The notes under the pieces are model-generated. The model was not told the origin of the DNA. It made no database searches and worked only from the letters and a program-made list of their open reading frames with translations. Shown one piece after another: positions 1 to 14,247 of a stretch of 64,000 nucleotides of DNA. The first letter of the stretch is position 1. Each line of letters starts with the position of its first letter. The stretch is from the human T2T-CHM13v2.0 reference genome, Homo sapiens: assembly GCF_009914755.1 (NCBI RefSeq), contig NC_060938.1; one strand, written 5' to 3'. The position numbers were made by a program, and so were the translations under genes.

Positions 1-521
1 TCTAATGAATAGCTTTCCTTTTCTTGTTGATTTATAAGAGTTCCTAATAATTAAGGCAGGTTAACTTTGTCTATTATAAAAGTGGCATATCTTTCTCTGA
101 AAAAAAAAAGAAATGTAAAGTTTTCTTTACATTTTACTTTACTCTACTTTATCTTTTACTCTAGAATATAAAGATTGTGTCTTCTGTGTTATTTAGATAG
201 CATTCTGGTTGGATAGTTTCAAACTCAGTGAAAGTAATATGTGCAAACTTTAATTCTTATACATGTAAAATTCTATAAGATTTTCCTTAAATTTATTTGA
301 AGCTCTTTTTTTATGGTTTCTTCTTGATAATTTTGTAATATTTAGAAACAATGGTTAAATGACTACTTTAAAGATTTTCTCTTCTAATTTTAATCAGGGC
401 TAACATATATGTCAGTTTCGAATCAAGTAAAAGACTTAGTTTGCAATAAATTAACGATTACCTGGAATGAAAAACCTGAAAAAAGGGTGGGCATTTTAGA
501 CAGTTAAATGTCTGGACCTGA

Positions 522-935
<414 letters not shown>

Positions 936-1705
936 TAAATTGAAATGGACAAAATTGAATTTTTCTCAAAGTATTTTAGATACCTTGAAATGACTAATAT
1001 TTTAGTGATTAAGGATTATTATAACTTTTTATTTCTCAAAATATATATGAAATAATTGAATAGTGCATTCAAGTAATCTGTAGAACAAAGTTTGTATTTT
1101 ATATTTTGGTGGGAGGGAGAAACCAGTTAATTTTCCCCTCTTAACTTCAGAAAGCATACTTGTTCAAATGTTTATAGATCATTTGTATTTTTCTATACTT
1201 TAGAAAAAAATAGTTCTATATTCTCTATTTTAGGGTATTAACTCTCAAGAGAATAAAGGTTGTTTCAGAAATCAAACCATCCATATTAAAACAGATACTT
1301 AAAATGCTATTTGACAGCAGTAACTATAAAATGGGCACTTAATATGAACTCATTCATTGATTCTTAAGAACAAAGACTCTAGGTAAGATATAGCATGCAC
1401 ATATATGAGTTAGTTTTAAATGTGCAGTACACCTGGCTAGGGAAATATATAAAGGTTCTGTTTAAATCACATTGGGAATTGTGAAGTCTCAAACTACTTG
1501 GAGCTGAAAGAGAATTACACATTATACTCAAAGTGTTTATAATTCTGAAGGAGTACTTGTCTTGTATGGAAGCTTGGTTTATTTATTGAACTCAATTTAA
1601 ATAATTAATGTGAAGATTGTGTTATGGAAAGGAAAAACATTTAAAAAAGTCCCTCTTTGGCCTTTGTATTTTTGCATTGGTATTTCTCTTTTTATTTTTA
1701 TGTCA

Positions 1706-1737
1706 TATATATATATACGCACACACACACACATATG

Positions 1738-1768
<31 letters not shown>
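1706..1768. repeat. Compound microsatellite (TA)n(CA)n(TA)n(GA)n
   Basis: Read directly from the sequence. Confidence 0.95.
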
Positions 1769-3699
1769 GAAAGTTTGAATTTACCTATATTAAAAGATCT
1801 TTTTTTCTCAGTGACTTTAATAACCATAATAATATTGAAGAATAATAATGCTATTATTTTTATGTCAAGGTAATAATACTTGCTATCATATATTTTCCAT
1901 ATCATTTTTGTTTTTGTCTTACTAGCTCTAGAAATGAATTTGTGCTTGTCCAGCTACTTCTTCTTTCATGGGTCTTTTTGTTGGGTTTGCATCCTGGTTC
2001 TTCCATTGTTGATCTTGCATAGGAATATTTTTGTAATTCACATTTTTTATTAATATGCTGCCTGCTTTTCTTTCCTACTTCTTTGAGTTGTTTCATAAAA
2101 TACTTGTAGTGTCTTTTTAAGCTCTAGTAGAATGATATTAAATACAGTGACAAGCAAACAAATGAAATATAAAAAGGTAGAATATCAAGAAAATACAAAT
2201 CCAATATGATTGCTAATGTGAAATTTCAGAATTGATGGGAGCTTCCTGGCAACATCAAGGAAAAAGGCTGAATATAAGCAATTTTGTAATTCTATTCACA
2301 AAGAAGCAAACTGTGTCCTGAACAGTTTTGCAAACTCTGTAGTTGGTAGTATTCTTTTCACACGTCTTTCTTGTCATTCTTTTTAACAACAGTCATCTTG
2401 TCATTCTTTTTAACCCGGTCATCATGTGTGCACAGCTCATGTGACATAGTATAGTATCCTTAGTATCCTAACACACAGTAGAGTACCTAAAGTCAGAACT
2501 TTTAAGAGAGATACCTGTAAATTTGGGCATTACATCAGATAGTATTTTATTACGTTTTGAAAGTTCTCAGCTTACTGCACCCTTGTTGTAAGTGGGGATG
2601 GATGATAAATCCACAGGTACATGCATTTTCTCAATTTGTAAATATTGTAAGTACAATTGCACCATGACAGGCATCAGCAAATTTTTTTTATATTAAAAAG
2701 CTTTTTTTTTCTTTTTAGAAATTCAGAGAACATAGAGAAGGAGGAACGCAAATGATCAGACTGTGTTTTGACGGAAAAGCTGAGTAGTTCACACATTATA
2801 GTCACAATTATCTTGGTAAAGTCACTCTCTGTGAGAGAAGGGGTGGAGGTCTACAGTGGAATTTTTAAGGTGTAGATAATATAATAACTAATGGACATTT
2901 GGATAAATCACAAATGGAGTTTAAATTACGTAGTGTTGTATAATAACATAGTATTTATATTTATTGCCTTAAGTTATATGGAACTTTCTTTCATTGTAAT
3001 GGTCAGACAAAATTTATGATTCTGAGCTTAGTGTGGATAGCATGTCAACATATGGGCTTCGAAGTTAATAAAATAAGTTAATTCTACCTTCAAATAATGT
3101 CATCAAACTAAATATTCAATAGAGTCTGTCACAAATGATTTTGACTTGTTGGTCACTGTAGTGCTAGGTAAATTTTTTTCTGTCGAATATTTGGTTTTGA
3201 GCATTGCATCTTATCAGTAAATATTCTGTACTTGGTTATTTTCTGGAAACGGTAAATAAGTTAGGGTATGACTTATTAACTAAATAAACCATTCAGTTTG
3301 GAAAATACAGAAATACAGAAAATATTTAAAATACAGAAAATCTCACTGTAGATTTGTCTAGTATAGTAAAATTTACTACCAGATAGGTTTACTGTGGATC
3401 TCTATTTGGGGTTATTTAATGTCTTCAAGATTCTGTATGAGGTGGCCCTTTGACAAAAGCTTGCAAATCAGATTTTAACAAAGTTTTTATATTTCATAAT
3501 TATTACTAGACATTTTCTCATTGTTCTCTTAATCCCGTGTAGCAAGCAGTTAGTCTTCATGGCCAGATATTTGAAAATTTAGCTTTGAGTTCTCTCTTTC
3601 ATTTATGAATATGATAGCATAATGGTTTTTATAATTTGCTATATCATAATAAAGTTCTAACTGATAAGAGAAAAAGTATAACACAACCTCCAAAATTAA

Positions 3700-4770
3700 A
3701 AATCACTTCAGAGGATTTCCAATACTTGTGTGGAGGGGTGAGCTCCTAACAAACTGATCTTCTCACAAATAACCATTTGTAAACTCTGCACATAATATAG
3801 ATAACATCTATCTGAGGGTTGTGGAGATTGAATAAAAGCAGGCAAGCTTTGGAGGGTAATCAAAATATGGAACAGTCAGTCTACATGGACTGATATCCCC
3901 ATTTTTTGCTTTTATAGGAAATTTTCTGGCCAGAAAGTTTCTCCATAATATTGTACAGAGTTATAGTCACACTGTTTAGCATATAATCCAAAAGTACTTA
4001 TTCTAAAAATGGTCAGGAAAATGTGACTTATTCTCAAGGGAAGAGAAAATCATCATATACCAACTCTAAGATAACCCACATGTTGGAAATATCACATGAG
4101 GTCTATTGTAACTAGCGAGGTAGAGAAAAGTTTACTTATAATGAATTAAAAGATAGGAAGTACCAGCCGTGAAATAAAACAAAATCAGATGGCAATTCTA
4201 GAGCTGAAAAATATATCAGAATTAAAAATAGGCTCTATGGGCTTATTAGCAGAATTAATATTATAGAGAAGTAAATGAACTTGAATATAGATTGATAGAA
4301 AATCTGAAGAGAGTTATGAAAGATTGGGGTGAAAAAATAGAACCATAGAGATGTATGGGGGCAGTTTTGAAAGGTCTAATAGGCACAGTATAAGAGAAAG
4401 AGCCAGAAAAAATATTTGACTAAATGATGACAGAAAACTTTTCAGATTTGGTAAAAGGATTACGTTTATAGATTGAAGAAACTCTGAAAATTCCAACCAA
4501 AATAAATGCAAAGAGAACCAAAGTAGGCATTTACAGTCAAAGTGTGGAAAACCGAAGATAAAGAGAAAATCTTGAAAGCAGGCAGAGGAAAACTAGATAC
4601 TGATAAGGGAACAATAATTTGAATTTCTGTACACATCTCATCAGAAAGGAGGGAAGCCATAGAGGTGGAACAAAATCTTTAAAGTTCTGAAAGGAAGAAA
4701 AAAATCTGTCAACCTAGAATTTTTTATCCAGTGAAAATATTCTTTAAGCCTTTTGAAAGAAAATTTTAAA
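3700..4770 (+). mobile_element. Ancient L1M fragment (5'/ORF1-like region); boundaries approximate
   Basis: A-rich decayed ORF1-type phrases such as aaagagaaaatcttgaaagcag and tcaacctagaattttttatccagtgaaaatattcttt. Confidence 0.7.
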
Positions 4771-5139
4771 AATTTGTTGTTATTTGACTCTCATTACTGA
4801 CTAAAGAAGAAAACCTGGATGATTCAGTGTATATACATGTAATACATATGATAACTCACAGAAAGATTTGGGGAGAGGCTATAAATGCAACTATGTAGTT
4901 GAAAAGTTATGTATTTTGCAATGTGTCTTGATAGAATGTTGACTACAATTCAATGGCTAAAACAAAATTATCAAAGTCAAAATTGCATGTCTTTTCTTGA
5001 ATGATAGGTATGTATCCGGTATTTCATTTACCCACAGCATATGCTGTAGACCCCTCTTTCAAATTAAAGATAACAAAAGCCCAATTGAAAGGAAAACAAA
5101 ATACATCAATGCTAACTAAATACAAATAATTAGCCTTCA

Positions 5140-6310
5140 CTAATTCATCCATTCATTCTTTTATTAAACAGTTGGGCACTGTTCTAGATGCTAGGGACAT
5201 AACAATCAAACAAAACCAACAAAAACCCCTTGCCTGTATTTTGGAGAAGTAGGGTTTGCAGTATCATGGGAGAAGACATAACAAAACAAAAGAAAAATAT
5301 ATAGTGTGTATATGGTGATAAGAGCTATGAGACACACAAAGCAGGTAAAAAAGATGGAAGTTGATGCTAGCCAAGTGGATATCTGGGGAAGAGCTTTAAG
5401 GGTAAATGCCAGAGCAAGAATGAAGGCCATTAGCAGAAGCTTACTTCACAGATTAAAGAACACTGTGACTATGTTTTCCTGTGACTGTCACAGAAGGAGC
5501 AAGGGGGAGAGTCAAAGAAGATTAATTCAGAGAACAACTATATGCTTTCAGAGGATTGTTATGACTTTATTTTTGCTCTTGAGTGAGAGGGACAGCCATT
5601 GAAAAGTTTTGGGTGTACTGGCCTGATACCAATTTGAAAGGGATCACTCTGGTTACTATGGTAAATAGGGAGAAAAGGTGGAAATAGGGAGACTAGTTAG
5701 GGGGCTGCTGCAGTTATTTAGTGAAAGAGCTCTGGAAAGTATTGAGACTTGATTAGATTTTTGATAAAGCATATCTAAAATATCTAAGACTCTCAAAGGT
5801 CAGCTTTTGGATATACTTTGGAGGTAGTGCCAGTAGGATTTTCTGTCACTGTGAACATGGGGTAAGGGAGCAAGAGAGGACTGACAGGAGCAAGTAACCC
5901 CATGAATTTCAGCCTGAACAACTGAGCTGATGGAGTTGTCATTTACTGAGATGGGAGGACTATGAAGAAATAAGTTTTGGCAGAGAAGATCAAATATTAG
6001 GTTGTGGACATAGGTTATGGGCATAGTTGTTTGAGATGCCCAATAAACATCTAAATGGAAAAATGAAGTAAGTCTGGAGTTTAGAGGTGACATCTAGGTT
6101 GGAGATAGAAATTTGGCATTGGCAGGATATGGACAGGATTTAAAGGTAAAGGACTGGATTTACGTGCCAATGAAGTGAGTTCAGAGAAAAAGATAACTGA
6201 GAAATGAGTCCTTGGGAAAGCCACTGTTTGTAGGTTGAGGAGATGCAGAGGAAGCAGCAAAGGAGAAAGAGGAGAGCAAGGGAATAAGGAGAAAAAGCAG
6301 GAGAGTGTGG
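5140..6310 (-). mobile_element. L2 LINE fragment; boundaries approximate
   Basis: attcatccattcattc...ggcactgttctagatgctaggga (L2 3' end, reverse) followed by typical L2 body such as gatggagttgtcatttactgagatgggaggact. Confidence 0.75.
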
Positions 6311-6544
6311 TGTTTTAACTTGACCTACTTGAAGTTAAATCTCCTTTCTTCATTGAGGATACTGTCAAATACACACAGGATAATAGATTAGAAAATCCCA
6401 TGATTATACATAAAGAACAGCCTCAGAATAATAATATCAATAATGCCCAATTGTTATAATTACTGAAAATACAGTTAATTTGTTTTTGCATGCGTTCTCT
6501 TCATTCTCCCTCTTGCCATTTTTAAAATAGTTGAGGTAGGTTAC

Positions 6545-6932
6545 AAGGTGAATTATGTTCCCCTAAAATTCATTGAAATTCTCACCCTCAGTAGCCTGAA
6601 ATGTGACTGTTTTTGGAGACGGGTCTTTAAAGAGGTAATTAAGATTAAGTGAGGTCATTTTGGTTATTGGGTCCTAATCCAGTATAACTGTATCCTTATA
6701 AAGAGGAGGAAATTAGGACTCAGACACATGCAAAAGAAAGACCATGTGAAGACACAGGGAAGAAAAGGTAGTTAGGTTGTCTTCAAACCAAGGAGAGAGT
6801 CTTCAGAAGAAAACCCTGCTTACACGCATATGTTAGACTTACAGCCTCCAGAACTATGAGAAAATAAACAACTTTTATTTAAGCCATCCAGACTCCGGTA
6901 CTTTGTCATAGCAGATCCAGCAAGCTCATACA
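6545..6932 (+). mobile_element. MLT1 (MaLR) solo LTR
   Basis: aaatgtgactgtttttggagacgggtctttaaagaggtaattaag...cagcctccagaactatgagaaaataaa...tttaagcca. Confidence 0.85.
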
Positions 6933-8689
6933 AGGTCTTATCTACATTGTGAGCACACACAGTTATTACATACCATTCTCTCTTAACTCTTATTTAATCA
7001 TAGTCCTATAAGTACCTGTGTGTTTAGGGCTCATATTATTTCCTTATATTGATGTGTTTTGGCTGTGTTTTAGCTCTTTCTGTAGTAGATTCCTCAGGAA
7101 GAGTTCATGGAAACAGTATTTCTTGAGAAATGCATTTTGATACTAGTTTGTAAGGTGCTTTATATTTTTTACTTGAAAGTCATTTTGCCTGGCTATAAAA
7201 TCCTTGACTTTTCTTTCTCTCTTTGGATGTCTTAAATATGCTACTAATTTTTCCCTGGCATGAGGTATTAGTATTGAAAGTCTGTTGACAATGTAATATC
7301 TTCTCCATTACAAGACACTCAGTCTTGTTAGATGTTCAAAGGACTTTTTTTTCTTTTTCCTTAAATCTAATAATTTTGGTAGATATGTCTTGGTGTTGGT
7401 CGTTCTGAGTTAATTTCTCAGGTATATGGTGTGCACTTTCATATGTAGTTTGCATCTTTTCATATTTTAAGAAATTGTTCTTATACTATACTTTTAGAAT
7501 TTCTTCTGTTTCCTTGCTTTGGTTTTCTTCTCCAGAGACTTGACTATGCATGTTTATTTACTTTGCTTATCTTTAATATTCCTCTTAAATCACTTATTTT
7601 ATTTCACTTTCTCTTAAATCTTTATCTCCTTCTTTATTTCTCTCTCATTTTTAAATTTAAAAGTAAAATAAAAATTACAGAAAAGCTACAAGCACTATGC
7701 CAGTTTTTTTCCTGAACTATGAGAGTAACTACTGACATGATGTTCCATCATTCCTGAATGTTATGTTGCTACAAACAAGAACATTCTTTCACATAATTAT
7801 TCTGTAACATAAAATCAAGAGATTAGCAATGATTTGTTACTACCATTTAATTCTCAGACCCCGTTAAAATTTTGCTATTTGTTGTATATTTTATAGTAAA
7901 AAGATCCAGTTTACTGCGTTTACATTATAATGCATCAAACAGCTTCTCAGTCTTTCCTTCATTTTCCATATGGATGCCCTCTTAACCTGAGGCAGGTGTT
8001 GGCTTCTTTTCTGGTTACCTTCCATCATGGATGCCCTCTTAACCCTTCCTCAGTTCTAGCACAATACACTTAGCTAGGCTGTTGAGCTGATGCCTTCCCT
8101 ATATCCTTCTGGAGCCCCGGGTTTCTTTACCTCCTGCTGGGCAGCCCTCTTATTCAGATGCTACCTTCTCTCTAGAACTCTTGACACCCCACCCTGGCTT
8201 ACTCCTTTAGGCAATGTGCTCCCTGTCCTGCTGGTGTTGTGCCTTCCCTTGCCTGGTTGCTTCCCTTTGTGCATATTTCTCATCTTCCTCAGGTTACAAC
8301 AAACTGAGCCAGGCAACCCTCTGTGAGGATGCCCTTCTCTGGCTGCCCAGGCTCCAACATGTCAAGCCACACACCAAATGAATGAGTTTCAACCCCCACT
8401 CTAGGTCCAGCTGCCTCCGATGGTTTGCCCTCTCCTCCAGGCGGAAGCCTTCTCACCCTTTTCAGGCTCTGAATCTCTACACAGAGAAGCCTTTAGTGTA
8501 CCTAACCTTCCTTACCTTGCACATACTCAGAAACTTTATGTCAAAGCACAACCCACTTGCCTCTTCCTTGTTGTTTCAGGTAGACGCCTTATCACTTTTT
8601 TGGAATTCTGACTTCATGAACTGGGCAGCTCTCCTACCTACCCTTCCTACCCTTCTTATGCTCTGACGTCCTGCAACAAATTGCACTAT

Positions 8690-10740
8690 GTTGTTGGCTG
8701 TAGGTTTTTTATAGATGCTTTTTTCTTGCTAGTTAGAAGTTCCATTCTATTCCTAGTTTGTTCAATGCTTCTTATAAAAAGTGTTAGTTTCTGTCAAAGA
8801 CATTTTGTGTATCTGTTGAGATAATAATATTAATATGCTAATCAGTCTAGGTACAGGCTTGTTAGTAGTGTTGACCTTTTCAAAGAACTGGCTTTTGATT
8901 TTATTGTGTTTTCACAGTTGTTTTCTTATTGTCTATTTCATTAAGTTCTTCTATAATTCTTTTTATTTTTTTCTTTCTGCTTGTTTTATGTTTAGTTTGC
9001 TTTTTTGCTTCCAGGGTCATAAGGTGGGAGGTTTAGTTGTTGATTTGAAGTCCTCTTTTTAAATACAAACATTTACACGTATAAGTTTCTAAGTGCCTTA
9101 ACTGCATATATTTTGGTATTTGTGCCTTTATTCATCTCAAAATATTTTGTAATTTCCCTTTTGATTATTTCTTCTTTGACACATCGGTTATTTAGGAATG
9201 TGTTTATTTCCACATATTTGTGAATTCCTCAAATTCCCATATATTATTGGTTTCTAACATTCCAGTTTGGACAGATCATATACTTTGTATTATATCTGTC
9301 TTCATAAATTTATTGAGGTTTATTTTATGACCTGAGTTTGGTCTATCCAGGAGAATGTTTTGTGTGTACGTATTTTTTGGAAACAGGGTCTCTCCTTCTG
9401 TCACCTAAGCTGGAGTGCAGTGGTGCAGTCCTAGCACACTGGAGCCTTAGACTCCTGGGCTCAAGTGATCCTCCTGCCTCAGCCTCCTGAGTATCTGGGA
9501 CTATAGGCACAAGCTACTGTGTCTGACTAATTTTTCAGTTTTTTACAGAGACAGGGTCTTGCTAGCTCAGGCTAGTTTTGAACTCCTGGCCTCAAGTGAT
9601 CCTCCTACCTCAGCCTCCCAAAGTCTTGGGATTACAGGCATAAGCCACTGAGCCCAGCTATGTGTACTTTAGAAGAATGTGTATTCTGCTGCTTTGGGAT
9701 GGTGTGTTCTAGAGTTGTCTGTTAGTTCTGTTTGGTTTTTATTCAAGTCTTCAGTTTCCTTCTTGATTTTATGAATGGAAAGTTGAGTATTGAAGTGCCC
9801 AACTATTATTGTTAACTTGTCTATTTCTCCCTTCATTTCTTCAGATGTTGCTTCACGTATTTTGACACTCTGCTGTTAGGTGCATATATGTTTACAATTG
9901 CTATATCCTCCTCATGATTGGCCCTTTTATCATTATCCAATGTCTTTTTAATATCTAGTAATATATCTTGTTTTAAAGTCTGTTTTGTGTGATATTAGCA
10001 CAGCCATTCCAGCTTTCTTGTGATTTATTGATATTTTTCCCATTTAATTTACTTTAAATATGTTTTTATCTTTGAATATTCTATAAACAGTATGTTATTG
10101 AATCTTACTTTATTATCCAGTCTGACAATCTCTGCCTTTTGATTGGATTGGTTATTTCATTGATCTTTAATGTGATTATTGATAGGTTTCCATGTGTCAT
10201 TTTACTTTTTGTTAGCTATGTGTCTCATGTTCTTTTTATTTCTTTATTTCTTCTTTACCACTTTCTTTGGATTATGTGCTTATTTTCTTATACAGCATTT
10301 TCAATTTTTAAATATTTTTTTTTCACTGAAAAAAACATTTCCTTAGTGATTGCACTAGGGCTTACCATATACATCTTAACTCACTGGAATCAGCCTCAGA
10401 TTTATACTAATTTTATCCTAGTGAGTTATATAAATGTTACTTCTATATAGCTCTATTTGTTTTCTCCATTTTTTGTGACATTGTTACACATATAGTATCT
10501 GTATATGTTATGAACCCAACATGACATAATTATTACTTCATATAATTGTGTATTTTAAAGAAGCTGAGAGAAGAAAGGCGATACAGTATATGTTTGTAGA
10601 TTTTATTATATTGATCTTCTGATTTATCATTTATGAATCTCTTCATTTGTTTCTGCAGATTCAATTACCACTTGGAGTCATTTCCTTAGCTCAGTATAAC
10701 TTTGCTTCCATCCACCTTCTTTGTTATGCTGAAGTGGTCC
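8690..10740 (-). mobile_element. Old L1M ORF2 fragments interrupted by an AluJ
   Basis: T-rich antisense L1 phrases such as ttccattctattcctagtttg and ctctgctgttaggtgcatatatgtttacaattg. Confidence 0.75.
9374..9659 (-). mobile_element. AluJ SINE
   Basis: acagggtctc...ctcctgggctcaagtgatcctcctgcctcagcctcc (AluJ diagnostics). Confidence 0.92.
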
Positions 10741-11145
10741 GTATTGAAAAGCATGCATAATACTCTACTCATTTGAGTATAATTGGTACAAAATATATTC
10801 ATACCTTCTTTTCTTCTTTTGAAATAATTATAACAGTTTTAATGAAGTGTAATTTACATGCCATACAACTCATTAATATTAAGTGTACAAGTCAATTATT
10901 TTTTATAAACTTACAAAGTTGTGCAGACATCACTACAATTTAATTTTAGAACATTTCTATCACCCCAGAAGGATCCTACCTGCCTATTTGCAATCACTCC
11001 TCATTCTCATCCGTGTCCTATTCATACAGTTTTAGATAACAATTCTTCCTCTGAAAACCCTTTTGAAAGAAATAATACAATAAATATTGATATTTATATA
11101 AAGGCTTATATTTTTATGTAAAATTTTTTCTTTTTAAATGTTTTT

Positions 11146-11432
11146 TAAAGTCAGGGTCTCACTGTGTCACCCAGGGTGGAGTGCAGTGGTATGATCATGA
11201 CTCATTGTGGCCTCAAAATCCTGGGCTCAGTGATCCTTCCACTTCACCTCCTGAAGAGCTGGGACTACAGGCATGTGACACCACACTCGGCTAATTTTTA
11301 ATTTTTTGGTAGAGATGGGGTCTCTCTCTGTGTTGCCCAGGTTGATCTCAAACTCCTGGCCTCAAGTGGTCCCCCACCTTGGCCTCTCAAAGTGCTAAGA
11401 TTACAGGTGTGTGCCATTGTGCACGTCTGCCT
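11146..11432 (-). mobile_element. AluJ SINE
   Basis: cagggtctcactgtgtcacccagggtggagtgcagtgg...ctcctggcctcaagtgg. Confidence 0.9.
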
Positions 11433-13287
11433 TTATATATAAATTTAAAGACATAGAAATAACCTAATACTACAAAGAAGGGGAGATAAGAAAATTATTT
11501 TTATTTAATGGATTCCATGTTTATATTTAAATTACATTATACACTTTTTTAACCTGAAAGTGTTAGATTTAATTACATAAACTTGTTTTCCTCCTACAAA
11601 CCAAAATAGGGTATGGTATGTATCATGGACTCAGAAAAACTAAGACCAATGTATTTCCAAATAAGAATAGGTTTTATTAAACATCTTACATTTCCACAAA
11701 GGTATTTTAAATCCTTTAAGATAATATATTAAAACTTGTTAATTCCAGTGTAAGCAAGATGAACAAAATGAAAGCAGGAGTTTTGTTCTAGACAATGGGA
11801 TGTACAAATGTTTCAGCATTTGTAAAATGCAGACACGGAAAGCTGATTTAGTGTTTAACAACATATCTTGTGTGTTTTAATTCAGTCATTGTTTTTTTGA
11901 ATGCAGATATGCTGAGTTCTTAAGCATTCTAGTGATAACACTACCCTCCTCATTCAAAAAAAAAGTATTATCAATGAAATACTTCAGACTACAGCATACA
12001 CAAATTTTTAATTATTCATGTTGCTCTTGTCTTGGCACATGCCTAATAATTAATAGTTTGCATCCAGTTTTGTATTAGTCTCTACACACTAGTCCAGAAG
12101 TAAAAACTGACATGATTGGTCTTCACAGTGTTAAAATGTTTTAATTAAATTGTAAAATATAGTGCTTTTAGATAAAAATTCGGATTTCATGTTTCTCTTG
12201 AAAAATATGGAAGAACTAGCAACATTGAACAACTGACTTGAACTGAGGAGTAGGGGCCACTTTTAGAAAGGACAAACATTCTCTAGTTTGAGGAAGTCCC
12301 CATCTGGCCAAATTCGCTTACATGCATATCTGTGTGCCTCCTGTGAGAACTTGAGTTTGGGACATTTGATTTAACCCTATTATAACATTGAGTGAGAAAA
12401 TTGGAGCCACATCAGCTAAAAGACTTCCTAAGCTGAAAAAGATTAGTGGCAGAGTCAGGATTTTAAGATGATTTCACTAGTGATACATTGAATATGGACT
12501 ATAAATCAAAAGACTTAGAATTACATGCTGGCCCCTTCCCTTCTAAATCTTAATTTCTTAACATTAAGCTTTCATAGTTGTAAGTTGAAAGTAATAGTAA
12601 TATTGATATGTGATGATTGCAAAGGTTAAATATCATTTATCATTATTAGACTCATATCTGCAGAGCAATTTTAACCACGTCTAACAATACCTTTCTTGTT
12701 ATAGATGGCATATGTTTAGTTGTCTTTCATAAAAAGTAATAACATGTTTTAACAAACTTATCTTCTGAGTTTAGTATGTATATTGTGATATTATTGTTGA
12801 GTAGCATTGGTATTTCATAGGTTGATTTTATTTTTAGTAAAGATATGAATATTTTTGCATATTAACTTTTTATAGCCTCAAATGATAGTCTTTTTTGTAA
12901 GTAATTCATGTGTCAGGCACTGTTTATTTACATAAATACTTTTTAAAGTATTAACAAGAAAAATTAAACTTATGCTATGATGTAGTCAAGTACAATCCTA
13001 TTATATATAAAATCAGGTTTGATATTTTTTTCTAATGAAATGATTTTGCCAGTAATCAAAAACTTTAAATTAGAAAATGAAGATCTGAGCATCTTTATTG
13101 GCATAATAAAACTTAACTCTCATTGAATTGAAGTGACTATAACGAAGTAAGTAACACCACTGAATAGTCCCTGACACATGAAAGGTACACAAGTACTTTC
13201 TTATTGCAAATGTTTCTCTGCTTTAAAACTTTGGCTTTTTAATTGTTGCTTTTAAAAACACTGTTTAACTTAGTTTTATTTTTTCAG

Positions 13288-13486
13288 AGTACCTTCAAGT
13301 TTAAATCTAAGAGTGATATTCATTTGGCAGAACATCATAAACAGGTTTTATATGATGGGAAACTTGCAAGTAGCATTGCCTTTACATATAATTGCTAAGG
13401 CCACTGATACTCAACTCTGCCTGGAATCATCACCAAAAGAGGATGCATCAATTTTTGTGCATTCCCAACATGCTCTAATGCTTCCG
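13288..13486 (+). pseudogene. NBEAP: Neurobeachin pseudogene exon (unprocessed; NBEAP/BCL8 family), frameshifted
   Basis: After ttttcAG it translates STFKFKSKSDIHLAEHHKQVLYDGKLASSIAFTYN, then an extra T near 13392, then [31 protein letters not shown] and a GTgggt donor. This matches my recall of the NBEA N-terminal region (…[34 protein letters not shown]). Confidence 0.93.
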
Positions 13487-14113
13487 GTGGGTGAATCATG
13501 GCTTTGTTTTCATGTTCTTGTCAGAATTTAACAATATTTTTATTTTATATATCAAACATTGCTCATCTATAAATCTGTGACTTTTTGTTTCTTTTTGGCT
13601 TTTGCAGATCTTTTAAGTGAAACTTTAAAGAATGTCTATCTTTTCTGTAGCAATATGCTCTACCCTGGCCTTGTCTCCTTAGTAGGAAATCTGTCATACC
13701 TATTATCTTATATATTATACAGCCTTTCAAATTAAATCAATTAACTGAATCAGTTAGTTGTTAGATATAAAAACATACTTTGCTTTAAGATTGTATTACT
13801 AATATTCTGTAACATTAAAATTACTTGTCTTTAAATCCATCAATAGTATTTCTGATTTTAAAATAACATTTGATTTTAACTTCATATTTTTAGTGTAAAA
13901 AAAAATCTTAGGTTGACCTAAGATTTGAAATTTAAAAGTGATTAGCAAAGGTACTCACTTTTTTGTCTTACATGTGTATAAAAATTATAATTGAAGGCTT
14001 AAAAAATTTCCAACTATGTTATTTAATTCCCTTATAAACGTATTTGGACCAAGGAAATAGTGATGAAAATCATTCTATAGAAGTTTAATAAACATTTTTG
14101 TTTTTAGACATAG

Positions 14114-14247
14114 GATGTGAAAGGGATAGTAACACATTCAATTCATAGTGCAATTCATTCAATTGGACAGATTCAAGTGCTTTTTCCACTGTTTCCCCAG
14201 TTGGATAATTGGCAGCTCAATGACAGTCAAGTGGAAACAACTGTCTG
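14114..14247 (+). pseudogene. NBEAP: Neurobeachin pseudogene, next exon
   Basis: catAG|GATGTGAAAGGG… translates [44 protein letters not shown], then GTAAGT. It continues the NBEA peptide in phase from the previous exon across a 627 bp intron. Confidence 0.93.

Noticed and set aside
2369-2413. Direct repeat tcttgtcattctttttaac, twice
   Set aside because: A simple 27 bp-period slippage duplication with no further structure
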